Shown here piece after piece: positions 51,466 through 61,062 of a stretch of DNA of 64,000 nt. The DNA lies in the IMG/VR virus record IMGVR_UViG_3300009873_000003, positions 32,001-96,000 of that record. One strand, given 5' to 3'. The DNA is from a virus (Duplodnaviria; Caudoviricetes). The notes beneath the pieces are model-generated. The model had not been told where the DNA came from and did not search any database. It worked only from the letters and a program-made list of their open reading frames with translations. Made by a program: the position numbers and the translations under genes. Each line of letters opens with the position of its first letter. The stretch's first letter is position 1.

Positions 51466-51550
51466 TTGTGAAACATCTAAAGCACGTGCCACTGGTGTCT
51501 GGCACAACAAAAAAGCGCTAAGAGTGTGTTGACCTCTTAGCGCTTTTTTT
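51466..51550 (+). ncRNA. Tandem sRNA unit 2
   Basis: TTGACA(51432)-17-TTTAAT with TG extension, GTGCCA/TGGCAC hairpin, bidirectional terminator. Confidence 0.55.
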
Positions 51551-51562
51551 GCTATTCTTTTA

Positions 51563-52015
51563 TCACTGAAATTCGATTCTGACTAGCGAAAATTCTTTGT
51601 CAGAAATTGTCAATGTTCCAGTCTCTTGACCAACGTCAAGCAGGATTAACATGGTTTCGTTGTCGAACACGAGTGCATAGTGATGCTGCCCAACGAAAAC
51701 CATCGTGCCAACCAGACCGTCGTCGAATTTCAACTTCAAGAACCCTTCGTCATCACGATAAATTGTGAAATATGCTTGCTGCGCTGGCACGAACCACGTA
51801 CCAATCAGATAAGGGTCTTGGACAGTGGCGAAACATGTGATAGTGTCTTCAGTCAGCAATTCGCCAAAGCAAATTTCCTCTTGCGCCGTGTTCAAACGCT
51901 GCCCTACTCTTGGCGCAAGCTGAGTGTAAAGCTGTTGCGGGTTAGTTGCCACGTAACTCGAACAACCACTTAAAACAAGCATAATGCTTAGCAAAACGAT
52001 TAACTTGGTTTTCAT
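51563..52015 (-). CDS. Lipoprotein
   Basis: Lipobox LSGC after a hydrophobic signal. Confidence 0.7.
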   Translation of the reverse strand: MKTKLIVLLSIMLVLSGCSSYVATNPQQLYTQLAPRVGQRLNTAQEEICFGELLTEDTITCFATVQDPYLIGTWFVPAQQAYFTIYRDDEGFLKLKFDDGLVGTMVFVGQHHYALVFDNETMLILLDVGQETGTLTISDKEFSLVRIEFQ

Positions 52016-52021
52016 CCTTTT

Positions 52022-52279
52022 TCATCCCTTTTCACGAAATTGCAAAATTGTGTCTTTGTCTTGCACAACATTGACTTCATCTAAGCTTGGAATCTGCGCA
52101 GATGTGACGAAGCCAACGAACTCGCCATATTTTTGTTTAATTTCCAAATCATCGACAGGCACGAGATTAGTTAGGAACAAGTCATCAGAATTCGGTAGAT
52201 TGACTGTGTCGTGACTGGCGTCTAAGATTGTCACAATGCCATCTTTAGCAAACTTACCATAGCGTTTTAACATCTTCAA
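52022..52279 (-). CDS. Hypothetical protein
   Basis: Packed operon. Confidence 0.55.
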   Translation of the reverse strand: MKMLKRYGKFAKDGIVTILDASHDTVNLPNSDDLFLTNLVPVDDLEIKQKYGEFVGFVTSAQIPSLDEVNVVQDKDTILQFREKG

Positions 52280-52860
52280 TCCTTACTCCCTTGCGGGAAG
52301 AGTTTAGTTGTTAGAAAATAGAACGGATAGGTTAACAAGTAAATTTGCTTGCCGAAAAATAAAATCATACATCCATCCATGAGTAGGTGCACAATGTGAT
52401 GTGCCATAATCACACCAAAGCCGACTTGGTATGTCTGAATTAACGCTAGATAAGGCAAAGTCACAAATCCAGCCACCTTGCCAGCAACGGCGTAAACAAG
52501 CCATAGATAAAAGGTGATAGTCAACGTGCCTATCAATGGACCATGACTCAACCATGAACGATGCGGAATCATCACGCCATAAGGTGAGGTTAATGCGGTT
52601 TGCAAACGATAGATGATTTTCGCATCTCGTTTCGCTGCGCTCTTACGCCTACCAAACTTCGTGAGTGCGAAACTGACGAAATTCGCTAACAAGACTTCGT
52701 TGTACGTGCCTGACTCATTGTCAATGTCTGGCGTTAGCAATGTGCCAATCAGATTGCCGATTAGAATCTCATTGCGCCATTCTGGATGAGTGTAGAGCAA
52801 AGTCAACGTTGCACCATTAATTATCATGTCGGCAACGAAATGTTGCTTTCCTGATGCCAT
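52276..52860 (-). CDS. DUF2227-like metal-binding membrane hydrolase
   Basis: MASGK.H, TPDID, PHRS.LSHG..IGT and HL.MD motifs. Confidence 0.7.
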   Translation of the reverse strand: MASGKQHFVADMIINGATLTLLYTHPEWRNEILIGNLIGTLLTPDIDNESGTYNEVLLANFVSFALTKFGRRKSAAKRDAKIIYRLQTALTSPYGVMIPHRSWLSHGPLIGTLTITFYLWLVYAVAGKVAGFVTLPYLALIQTYQVGFGVIMAHHIVHLLMDGCMILFFGKQIYLLTYPFYFLTTKLFPQGSKD

Positions 52861-52870
52861 CGCTCACCTT

Positions 52871-53329
52871 CTAAGGCAAAAACCACTTTATCCATTCAAC
52901 GTCAGCTAACAGTTGACGACGATTGTCGAAAAGGGTTTGGTCGTAAGTGTTTTCGTGATGCTCCAACGCTGAACCTGGCACAACAACCCTTCGCCAAATT
53001 TCTTTAGCATATTTGACAACAACATAGATGCCTAACTCGAAACCTATCACAACACCGAAACTCTTCTCGTTGCCATTTTTAACAAGCACTGTGTCATATA
53101 GTTCAAACACGTGCGGCGTTCCCGTGCCTTGTCTTGGGAAGATGTTGTCATAGGTTGTTTCACAAATTGTCCACAAGTTGTCGCAGAAATAAGCTATGAC
53201 ATACTGCGTACCCGCTACTTCCAAAATATTGGCTATGTATTTTTTATCTTTCGTTAAAAACCATACTTTATCTCCTGTGTTCATCCTATCGTGGTCAGGA
53301 CTACGGTCGTGGTCGTATTTGCGATTCAC
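52871..53329 (-). CDS. Hypothetical protein
   Basis: Packed operon; two SH3/KOW-like halves. Confidence 0.55.
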   Translation of the reverse strand: MNRKYDHDRSPDHDRMNTGDKVWFLTKDKKYIANILEVAGTQYVIAYFCDNLWTICETTYDNIFPRQGTGTPHVFELYDTVLVKNGNEKSFGVVIGFELGIYVVVKYAKEIWRRVVVPGSALEHHENTYDQTLFDNRRQLLADVEWIKWFLP

Positions 53330-54201
53330 ATTATTATGCTAAACAATTTTTTCATTTGTTCGTCAGACAAATCGTCAACATAGAGATTTTGTCCGTGATT
53401 GTTTAGCGTCACCTCGTGCACCATCTTACCACGACAGCGTTGCTGATGCAACTGTCTTCTATAGCGCTCGCCACCAGTGTCATTGTCTAAGATAGCAACG
53501 ACTCTATTCCTGCCGATGTAGTCGAACAGTTCTGGTTGCAAGGCTGTTCCCATCGTCGCCACAGGGAGGATAGGGAGATGACCTACAACTTGCCAAATGC
53601 GCATCACGCTCCATGTGCCTTCGACTAAAATCACAACGTCGTCAGGTTTGAGTGCAGCCAACTTCCGCAAATCCCAACAGCAAGGCTTAACATGACCATG
53701 CAACATCATTGTTCGGTATCGGTCAGCTTTCGTTTGCGGGTAGGCATTGCGTTTAATGCTGCCAATCCGTTTGAACGTATCGTTATAAAGTGGAAAGAGC
53801 ACATCGGGGCCGTCAACTTCCAATTCAAAATGTGCTGCCGTTTCTGGACTTATGCCACGGCTTGCAATGTACGCATTGTAGCCTACCTTGCCAACAAACT
53901 CTTGATAGTCAAAGCCCTCCGCTTCTATTATCTTTGACTTGGTTGGCTTGAGAACTTCACTTAACGTCGGTGTGAGTTTAGCGTCAGGGTCGTAAATCTT
54001 CACCGAATCAGCATGTTGTAAACCAACGATGCGTCGCAGAAACGTGTAGATGTCGCCAGTCTCGCCGGTCGAAAAACGACAATAGGTGTCATTGTCTTCA
54101 TAAAGCACCACACTGTCGTATTTCGGACCAACAATCACCCAAGTGTTATAACTATTTCGTTTAACATTAAAGTATTGTTTGGCGACATCTACAATTTTCA
54201 T
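53326..54201 (-). CDS. DNA primase (TOPRIM)
   Basis: YIASRGI, VLFP, LVEG..S, ATMGT and LDND.GG motifs. Confidence 0.8.
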   Translation of the reverse strand: MKIVDVAKQYFNVKRNSYNTWVIVGPKYDSVVLYEDNDTYCRFSTGETGDIYTFLRRIVGLQHADSVKIYDPDAKLTPTLSEVLKPTKSKIIEAEGFDYQEFVGKVGYNAYIASRGISPETAAHFELEVDGPDVLFPLYNDTFKRIGSIKRNAYPQTKADRYRTMMLHGHVKPCCWDLRKLAALKPDDVVILVEGTWSVMRIWQVVGHLPILPVATMGTALQPELFDYIGRNRVVAILDNDTGGERYRRQLHQQRCRGKMVHEVTLNNHGQNLYVDDLSDEQMKKLFSIIM

Positions 54202-54210
54202 TTCTTCATC

Positions 54211-55587
54211 TCATTCTATTTCGGTTGAAACAGACACGACAGCATTTTGCTGCTGTTCAGACAACGAATCCCAGTCCAAACCAGACGCTTGCTCAAAGTT
54301 AGCAATCATCGCTTTCTTAGCAGCGTAGGAAATGTTCGTCTGGTCAGGCGACCAACCCTCTTCTAGCAACGCCATTTCGACACTGAACTTGTTATTCTCC
54401 TTATCGTAGAGTGCTGTCATTCGGATGTTCACATCACCAGCTTCACCAAAGCGATGCAAAGTCGTCCGAATCCAAACGTGCGGAACCTTCTTCGTTCCCT
54501 TCGTTTCAGGCTTTGGCGTCATCAGCAACATCACGTCAGCGAACGTTGCAATCGCCCAACTCCCTGCAACACTGGTCGCATCAGCCATATCACCAGCCTT
54601 CGCCCCATTGCGATTAGTCTGCGTGACAGCAATGATGCAGATGTTGTGCTTGTTAGCATATGCCTTTAAATCCGCACTAACCTGCGCAAGACTTGCAAAA
54701 CTGTTGTCAGTATGATTGCCTTGCATCAAATTCAGACCATCAATGAAAACCTTTGTTGGTTTGATAGGACAGCTAGAAATGTATTCATGCAACTGTCCAA
54801 CACTCGTAACTTGCGGTGTAACGTAGATGTCACTCTTGGAGCTTCGCTTGCGCAAAGAAGTCTGAAGCTGAGAAAACGTTCGCTTCATCTCATCGCTGAC
54901 GCCATGCCGTAAGTCTGAATGCGGCTTGCCGAGCTTCTGCATGTCTAGCTGCTGCGTCATTCTGAGCACGGCTTGCTCTTGCGAACAGAACATGACAGTC
55001 TCTTCATGCTCAAACGCAGCTTGTGCAGCAAGTTTGATTAGCGTCGTTTTGCCAGTTTTAGTCGAAGCTAAAATAACGATGAAATCGCCACCAACCAGGC
55101 CGTTGGTCAAGTCGTCAAAATATGGTATATGCCAGCTAAGCGATAGAATGTCTTTCTCGTAAGCACTGCGGTCAAATTCACGATAAGAGATAATTTCTGG
55201 TGACGGTATCGCCGTTGCAGTGATAGTTTGATTAAGAAAGTCCACCAACCCCTCATAATCGCCACGCCCTAACTTCCGATTCTGTTCAACAAATTCAATC
55301 TGTTTTTCTGCTAGGTAGCGTTCTCGTTGCTGAATTGCGAAGCTCTCGTAAATGACGTCAAGTGGTAGTGGTGGCTTCTTTTCAAGAATGTTGAAATGTT
55401 CTTTAACTTGAGCGAACGTCGGCGTAAATCCAGATTCAGCACATCGTACTATAAACTGCTGAATCTTCTTTTCAAAGTCAGTCAGCAAGACTGAGGGGAA
55501 ACGAGTGATGTAGTGACCAGCACTTTTTTCGAGACAAGCAGTTAGAAGCTCGCTGAAGCTGACAGCGAATCGTGGAGATTTAGTCAT
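54211..55587 (-). CDS. DnaB-like replicative helicase
   Basis: Walker A ASTKTGKT, FCSQE, VFIDG, and LKAYA...I.VTQ.NR. Confidence 0.85.
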   Translation of the reverse strand: MTKSPRFAVSFSELLTACLEKSAGHYITRFPSVLLTDFEKKIQQFIVRCAESGFTPTFAQVKEHFNILEKKPPLPLDVIYESFAIQQRERYLAEKQIEFVEQNRKLGRGDYEGLVDFLNQTITATAIPSPEIISYREFDRSAYEKDILSLSWHIPYFDDLTNGLVGGDFIVILASTKTGKTTLIKLAAQAAFEHEETVMFCSQEQAVLRMTQQLDMQKLGKPHSDLRHGVSDEMKRTFSQLQTSLRKRSSKSDIYVTPQVTSVGQLHEYISSCPIKPTKVFIDGLNLMQGNHTDNSFASLAQVSADLKAYANKHNICIIAVTQTNRNGAKAGDMADATSVAGSWAIATFADVMLLMTPKPETKGTKKVPHVWIRTTLHRFGEAGDVNIRMTALYDKENNKFSVEMALLEEGWSPDQTNISYAAKKAMIANFEQASGLDWDSLSEQQQNAVVSVSTEIE

Positions 55588-55620
55588 AAAATTTCCTTAA
55601 CCTTGGGAGCTATTGACGAT

Positions 55621-55661
55621 GCTAGTGTTGACTAACAGTACGCTAGTGTTGACTAACAGTA
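55621..55661. repeat. 20-bp direct repeat x2 in the helicase leader
   Basis: GCTAGTGTTGACTAACAGTA twice, abutting the -10 of TTGACT(55681-86)-17-TATACT. Confidence 0.85.
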
Positions 55662-55703
55662 TACAGCGGAGACAGCGTTTAGTCAAGATTTCTCACAATG
55701 AGC

Positions 55704-55752
55704 CTGTCTAGATGTTGTGCGTTTGTGCTATTCCAGCACAACATCTAGACAG
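55704..55752. other. 17-bp perfect inverted repeat between dnaE and the helicase promoter
   Basis: CTGTCTAGATGTTGTGC / GCACAACATCTAGACAG. Confidence 0.8.
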
Positions 55753-55799
55753 TGTTCACACAGACAACCTTAAATTTTTGAGCCAATTGCGTTATGAAG

Positions 55800-58220
55800 C
55801 TAGGCTAAGACTTTGAAGAAGCGAATTTGACCGTAGTGCTCTGGTTCGTCATCACGACGGTTAATGTTCATCTTCAACTGCAAGCGCACCAAATCACCAA
55901 CTTGAATCTCGTTGATACGTTCGAGCGTGGTCGAAGCGTGAACATTTTTCGTCAGCATATGTTTAACGTCAGGTTCCATCATGGCGAACCAGTACGCCTT
56001 GCCTGATTGAAATTTAATCTTGCGCTGTGGCGTGCCACCTTTCGACACTTTGTCATAGATTTCCACAACATACCCGATGCGTTCGTCTTCACGGTTAGCC
56101 ACATCTGCGATAATCTGTTTCAAATTTGTTGGCAAGGCGAACCCAAGTGCTGCCTTAATACCTTCGATTCTAGAAACAGGTTCAGGCAGAGGTTCATAGT
56201 AGCTGACCCGCTTGAAGTTAACGAGCTTGTTCTCTAAAGCGTAGTATTTAATCGTTGTTCCGACTTTCAAATCGTTAATGTCGGGTGCTGGCTTCATCTT
56301 CAAACGCTTTGCTTCAAGCTGAACCTCGACATCACCTTGAGCGAAAGTAAGCTTTGTGCCATCCGTAAGTGCAACACTGTTCCCCTCAAGATTCGCAACT
56401 GTACCAACTTTTGCAACCTCCCACACCATGCCTTTCACGACGAAGTGTTTAATTTCCTGCACACCTAAGTCATACAATGTGCCTGGTAGACCGTCCAGCA
56501 TTCCAGCGTTATAGAGTTTGCGTTTCAACGAAGTGTTAATCTTAACTCTTTGATTAAAGTCAGCTAGCGAAGCATATGGTCCGTTTGCCTCACGTTCTGC
56601 GACAATACTTTGCATCACGTTGACGCCAAGCCCAACTACAATGTCAATCGGGCAATAGATTGACTTACGGTCTGGCGAAATCACGTACTGTGATGTTGCT
56701 ACATTCACATGCGGTGGAACAATGTTGATGCCGTAGTTGACAATCGCTTCAACAATGTAGCGCAGCAACTTCTCCCTGTCATTCGCATTATTTTCTTGAT
56801 TATTCAAGAGAACGGTCCAGAATGCCTCTGGATAATGATGCTTAAACCAAGCTTGCTGCGCAGACAGGTTGGCGTAGGCGAGGGCGTGGCTTAAGTTGAA
56901 ACCGTAGCGGATGAAGCCATCTAGCGATTTGAACAGTGTTTCGAGATAGAGTTTGTCAAAGCCATGCTTCAATCCTCCCTCGATGAACATTTTGTGCAGC
57001 TTCTCGTAGCCCTTCTGAAACTTTTCCGTTGCCGCCACTTTCTGATTCTTAGGCACGAGACTTTTCAAAGCGACAATGCCATACTCTTTAGCGTGTGAAT
57101 CATAGGTTTGGAAAGCAACCTTCGCAAAAAGCTCTGCCACTTGCTCCTGGTAGATTAAAACGCCACCAGTTTGTTCAAAGATTTCTCTAATCAGCGGCGG
57201 ATGGATAGAGAGGTCTGCATCACGCTTAGCATAGGCGATGTGAAACTCTTGCTGCAAGGGTCCAGGTCTGCCAAGCGACGTGATGTCTGCTAGAATGCGA
57301 ATTGTGTTAATTGGACGATTGTTCTCGTTCATTAACGCAACAACTTTTTTAGCAGTGTTTGTATCGAACTGAAAAAGTCCAGTCACATCGCCAAGTTCAA
57401 ACATTTTTAAACAAGGGTCATCGTCAGCAATCTCCTTCGGCGCTTCGACACCAGTCAATTTCTCTAGTAGCGCAATTGAATCAAGTGTCTCACTCGATAA
57501 GAAGTCGTATTTGACGAAACCACAATATTGCAAGGTCTTATCGCTACCACTTTCCGTATAGGCAACAGACGATTCCGAAGCGAAGCTCTCAAATGGCACT
57601 GGCATTGACGCACGCAAAGGCACAACTGCACAAGCATGACGACCGTAACCTGCTCTTGCTCCATTCAACTTTTCATAAAGGTCTTCAGCCCAATTCTGTG
57701 GGAAGCCTTCAAAATGCGTCAGATTCATGAAACGCTTGAACGCTGCGTTCTCAAATGGGGCATCAGGGTCAGCGTCCGAAGCTTCATCAACAATCGACTT
57801 CGGAATGCGAATGTTCGCAATTTTGAACACAATGCGTTCGATTAAGCGAACAATGCTTGAGTGCGAATATGTCAACAACGTTCCAACCGGCTCGAAACCC
57901 CATCGTTCCTTAGCATATTCTTGAACAATGTGACGACCACTTGCAGCAATGTCGATGTCAATGTCAGGTAGCTCGCCTGTTTCTAGACGAAGCTCAGCAA
58001 GGAAGCGCTCGAACATTAAATTGTGCTTCAATGGGTCAAGTTGCGAACCACCTGCCAAGTACCACAAATACGAGCCACTCGCCGAGCCACGGCTAATCAT
58101 CTTCACGCCATGCCGTTGCCCATGTCGAATGATATCAGTTAGAACGGCGAAGTAGGGAAGAAAATTGTATTTCTTAAGCAACTCAAGCTCACGATTGAAG
58201 CGTTCGATTTTAGTTTCCAT
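55800..58220 (-). CDS. dnaE: DNA polymerase III alpha, catalytic part (split DnaE)
   Basis: RGSASGS, FERFL, PDIDID, KYDFL, GLFQF, RPGP, YQEQ and YGFN.SHA..Y motifs. Confidence 0.9.
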   Translation of the reverse strand: METKIERFNRELELLKKYNFLPYFAVLTDIIRHGQRHGVKMISRGSASGSYLWYLAGGSQLDPLKHNLMFERFLAELRLETGELPDIDIDIAASGRHIVQEYAKERWGFEPVGTLLTYSHSSIVRLIERIVFKIANIRIPKSIVDEASDADPDAPFENAAFKRFMNLTHFEGFPQNWAEDLYEKLNGARAGYGRHACAVVPLRASMPVPFESFASESSVAYTESGSDKTLQYCGFVKYDFLSSETLDSIALLEKLTGVEAPKEIADDDPCLKMFELGDVTGLFQFDTNTAKKVVALMNENNRPINTIRILADITSLGRPGPLQQEFHIAYAKRDADLSIHPPLIREIFEQTGGVLIYQEQVAELFAKVAFQTYDSHAKEYGIVALKSLVPKNQKVAATEKFQKGYEKLHKMFIEGGLKHGFDKLYLETLFKSLDGFIRYGFNLSHALAYANLSAQQAWFKHHYPEAFWTVLLNNQENNANDREKLLRYIVEAIVNYGINIVPPHVNVATSQYVISPDRKSIYCPIDIVVGLGVNVMQSIVAEREANGPYASLADFNQRVKINTSLKRKLYNAGMLDGLPGTLYDLGVQEIKHFVVKGMVWEVAKVGTVANLEGNSVALTDGTKLTFAQGDVEVQLEAKRLKMKPAPDINDLKVGTTIKYYALENKLVNFKRVSYYEPLPEPVSRIEGIKAALGFALPTNLKQIIADVANREDERIGYVVEIYDKVSKGGTPQRKIKFQSGKAYWFAMMEPDVKHMLTKNVHASTTLERINEIQVGDLVRLQLKMNINRRDDEPEHYGQIRFFKVLA

Positions 58221-59154
58221 TGCACAAATCTCTTTCTAACGCCTGTTGCCAGAAGGAGAGCAACTCTTCGACTTCTTTATCTGCTGGCGGCAGCTCGAAA
58301 TGGTGTTTAAACTCAACAATGCCGTCAGCTTCAATCTTTCTGACGATTTCGTCAATGCCACGAAACGCCTTTAACGCACGCTCTAAACCGATTAATGAAA
58401 CCGCTTCGTCAAACATTTCCTCCGCTGACTGAATGAAACCAGCCGTGAAACTATAGCCCTTTGTCGCTTTGGTGTAGATTTCTAACAGCGGTAAATCTTT
58501 TTTTGTTGCTGCATGAAAATCATTCGTCCAGACTGTGTTCAAGTCAAACCTATCGGCAAGTTTGAGTGGTCGTTCGTAGCTGTTCAAACCGCTCGAAATT
58601 TCATGCGCCTGCACTTCAGCGTAGACGTTTCGTTTCCCGAATGTTTTTAGTAGAAAGTCGATGTATTCGTGAGCGATTGTCTCTTCAGAGTGAAACGTGA
58701 CGCTCGCTACGCAGCCTGTCAAAACAATCAAACCTTCACCTGCAACTTCACGCAACATGTCAAACGTTGCAATCGGATACTTTGCACCACGTGACACTTC
58801 AATGTTCTGATGTGCGAAATTGTTTAGAGCAATTAATCTATCGTAACCGCTCTTACCTGAAGATAAGACGGTCATGTGGTAGCGACCAGACTTAGAATTG
58901 TCAGAACGTTCGTCTAAATGTGCTGGAAGACGAAGATAAATCTCTGTACCAAGCAGAGGCACAATGCCGTTCTCCTTACAAGATACAGAGTGCGCAACTA
59001 AGCCTGAACATGTGCCGTGGTCCGTTATACCTAAACCATGAAGTTGTTTGCTAACTGCTGCTGCAACGTTTTGAGAGATTTGGCTAAAACCGTCGCTTCG
59101 GTCGGAATGACCATGAAGTGAAGCGATTTTTAAGTCTCGAAGATGTTCGCACAT
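58210..59154 (-). CDS. dnaE: DNA polymerase III alpha, N-terminal PHP domain (split DnaE)
   Basis: LHGHS..SDG, ITDHG, G.EIY, LTGC and TNDFH motifs. Confidence 0.88.
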   Translation of the reverse strand: MCEHLRDLKIASLHGHSDRSDGFSQISQNVAAAVSKQLHGLGITDHGTCSGLVAHSVSCKENGIVPLLGTEIYLRLPAHLDERSDNSKSGRYHMTVLSSGKSGYDRLIALNNFAHQNIEVSRGAKYPIATFDMLREVAGEGLIVLTGCVASVTFHSEETIAHEYIDFLLKTFGKRNVYAEVQAHEISSGLNSYERPLKLADRFDLNTVWTNDFHAATKKDLPLLEIYTKATKGYSFTAGFIQSAEEMFDEAVSLIGLERALKAFRGIDEIVRKIEADGIVEFKHHFELPPADKEVEELLSFWQQALERDLCNGN

Positions 59155-59171
59155 TTGTGTTGACTTTCTAG

Positions 59172-59285
59172 AAAAGAAAAATGTCTGATTTTTAACAAGA
59201 ATCAGACAAAAACTTGTGTGACTTTTTGAAGCTTCTCTTCAAACAGCTAAGATGAAGTCGAACTTACTAAAAACGTTTGAGAGTA
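59172..59285 (-). ncRNA. Dispersed TTCGACTT-loop sRNA cassette, copy 4 (subtype B)
   Basis: TTGACA(59314-19)-17-TAGAAT(59291-96); same core and terminator as copies 3 and 5. Confidence 0.75.
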
Positions 59286-59315
59286 ACTTTATTCTATCAT
59301 CAAAGTCAGCGTTTG

Positions 59316-59783
59316 TCAAGCGTTCTCACAATTTTTCCCAAGCTTAACAATTTTGAAGTCAACGATGTCGATGAGTTTCAGATTCTTAGCACACAACCAC
59401 ACGCCAACCGCATCAACTTCGTCTAGTGTGAAAATCGTGTTGTGCTGTGCTCGAAGTTGAATCTGTAATTCTCGTGTTCCAGCCTTGCTTTGGAGCAGAC
59501 TCAGATTTTTGCGCCAAGTGCCAGGGTGAATCCAGTTGACATCGACGCCATCTTCAACGAAACGATGATAAACGTAACCGTAACGCTGAGCCAAATTGAC
59601 TAAAATCTTTGGTTGGCGTGAGTTATACGAAACGAGTTCTTCAATTACAACGCTATCGTATTTCAAGTTCTTCTTGAGCCACGCATATTGAAACACTGGT
59701 GTGCCAACAACTGTGCCGATGTGTAATGTCTTGCGTTTATCAAAACAAACTCCACACGTTGTGGCTAAATCTAGTGCAAGCAT
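59316..59783 (-). CDS. RuvC-like Holliday junction resolvase
   Basis: MLALDLA...G, VIEE, P.TWRK and DEVDA motifs. Confidence 0.7.
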   Translation of the reverse strand: MLALDLATTCGVCFDKRKTLHIGTVVGTPVFQYAWLKKNLKYDSVVIEELVSYNSRQPKILVNLAQRYGYVYHRFVEDGVDVNWIHPGTWRKNLSLLQSKAGTRELQIQLRAQHNTIFTLDEVDAVGVWLCAKNLKLIDIVDFKIVKLGKNCENA

Positions 59784-59849
59784 TTTCGCCTCGACGTTTA
59801 GCAATCGACGTTGACTTGGCCGATTGCTAAACGTTTTTATTTAGACCGA

Positions 59850-60926
59850 TTAGAACGGAATGTCTGAGCCAAGGTCGATGACCTTTTTCTCTTTGATAGC
59901 GCTCTCTGGGATTTGAGTGTTTTGCATATCGACAGAGTATTGCGGAATCAGTGAAATGAACAGTTCGTTAATCTCGTCTACACTCATTCCACTTTCAGCA
60001 TCAATTTCACCCCAACCGACCAGCAATTTTTCAGCAATTGCTGCGTGCACCCGACTGCTGGCAGTCGCCGCATCAATTTTGCCAGCCAACAGTTCATCAA
60101 TCGCAGACTGATAGAAGTTGTAGCGCTTAGCGATGTGGTCAATCATCTTCACATATTCGACGTCAGAAACGCTACTGAACGTCTTGGTCCAATCGTTAGG
60201 GTCAATGGTGTCAAGTAGCGTGAGTGAATTGCGCTCCTTCATGTCTGCTTTCGGGTCTTTGGTGTACTGGACCACGAATAAGCGGTCAGGATTCGGCGTG
60301 ACCCGTTGCTTCCGTAAGACTTGCGTGATTTGCTTATCATAAACGTTGATTGCGCTCATCAACGATTCGTAGTGGTAGAAGCTAAGTTCAAGCCACACCA
60401 ACTCGCCCGACTTCGTGTCAATATCGCCACTGTCGAGCACCTTCACGTTCCAGATGACAGGGATGCGCACAGTTTGCGTGTAGGGTTCAATCATCGTGTA
60501 AATGCCATCGGGAGCGCCGTGCAGACCAGGCTGCTTCTTTTGAGCGTCTTGCTTCAGCGTCAGACCAAGCGCCACACCAGGGTCGTCAAAAATGTCACCA
60601 TCAGCGATGCGCAAATTACTATCTGCCCACATTTCAGAACGCCACATCAATTGCGGCACGCCATTAACATACGGCTTTTCTGGATTCGGTTGCGACCACG
60701 AGTACTTGAAAATCTGGAATCGTGCTGCCACTGTGTTCAGGCCAGCGACATCAAAATGCGAACCATCTTCGCCAGGAACGAAACGACCAAGCGGCACAAA
60801 GGCGGTCTGAAAGAACTGCTTATACGCCTTACCCTTTTCGGTCAGACCAAGCGATTTGAAATTGATGACGGGAATGTTGACTTGCTTGTTTTGTACAATT
60901 TGTCCTGCGTGAGTTTTGAGAGCCAT
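59850..60926 (-). CDS. Putative single-stranded DNA-binding protein
   Basis: Replication-module position and the acidic C-terminal tip SDIPF typical of SSBs. Confidence 0.5.
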   Translation of the reverse strand: MALKTHAGQIVQNKQVNIPVINFKSLGLTEKGKAYKQFFQTAFVPLGRFVPGEDGSHFDVAGLNTVAARFQIFKYSWSQPNPEKPYVNGVPQLMWRSEMWADSNLRIADGDIFDDPGVALGLTLKQDAQKKQPGLHGAPDGIYTMIEPYTQTVRIPVIWNVKVLDSGDIDTKSGELVWLELSFYHYESLMSAINVYDKQITQVLRKQRVTPNPDRLFVVQYTKDPKADMKERNSLTLLDTIDPNDWTKTFSSVSDVEYVKMIDHIAKRYNFYQSAIDELLAGKIDAATASSRVHAAIAEKLLVGWGEIDAESGMSVDEINELFISLIPQYSVDMQNTQIPESAIKEKKVIDLGSDIPF

Positions 60927-61062
60927 AGTTTGTTTAACCTTTGTTTGAAGAAATTTGAAAGAAGTTGTTGTTGTTGATGATTAGCTTAGCTTGCAAATTA
61001 AGCGCTACATTTCGTCTACATGGCACACCGTCCTGGCTAATAGTCAACTTAGAGATTAAAGC

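Noticed and set aside
60321-60977. 218-aa plus-strand ORF
   Set aside because: Fully antisense to the SSB-like gene in a minus-strand operon.
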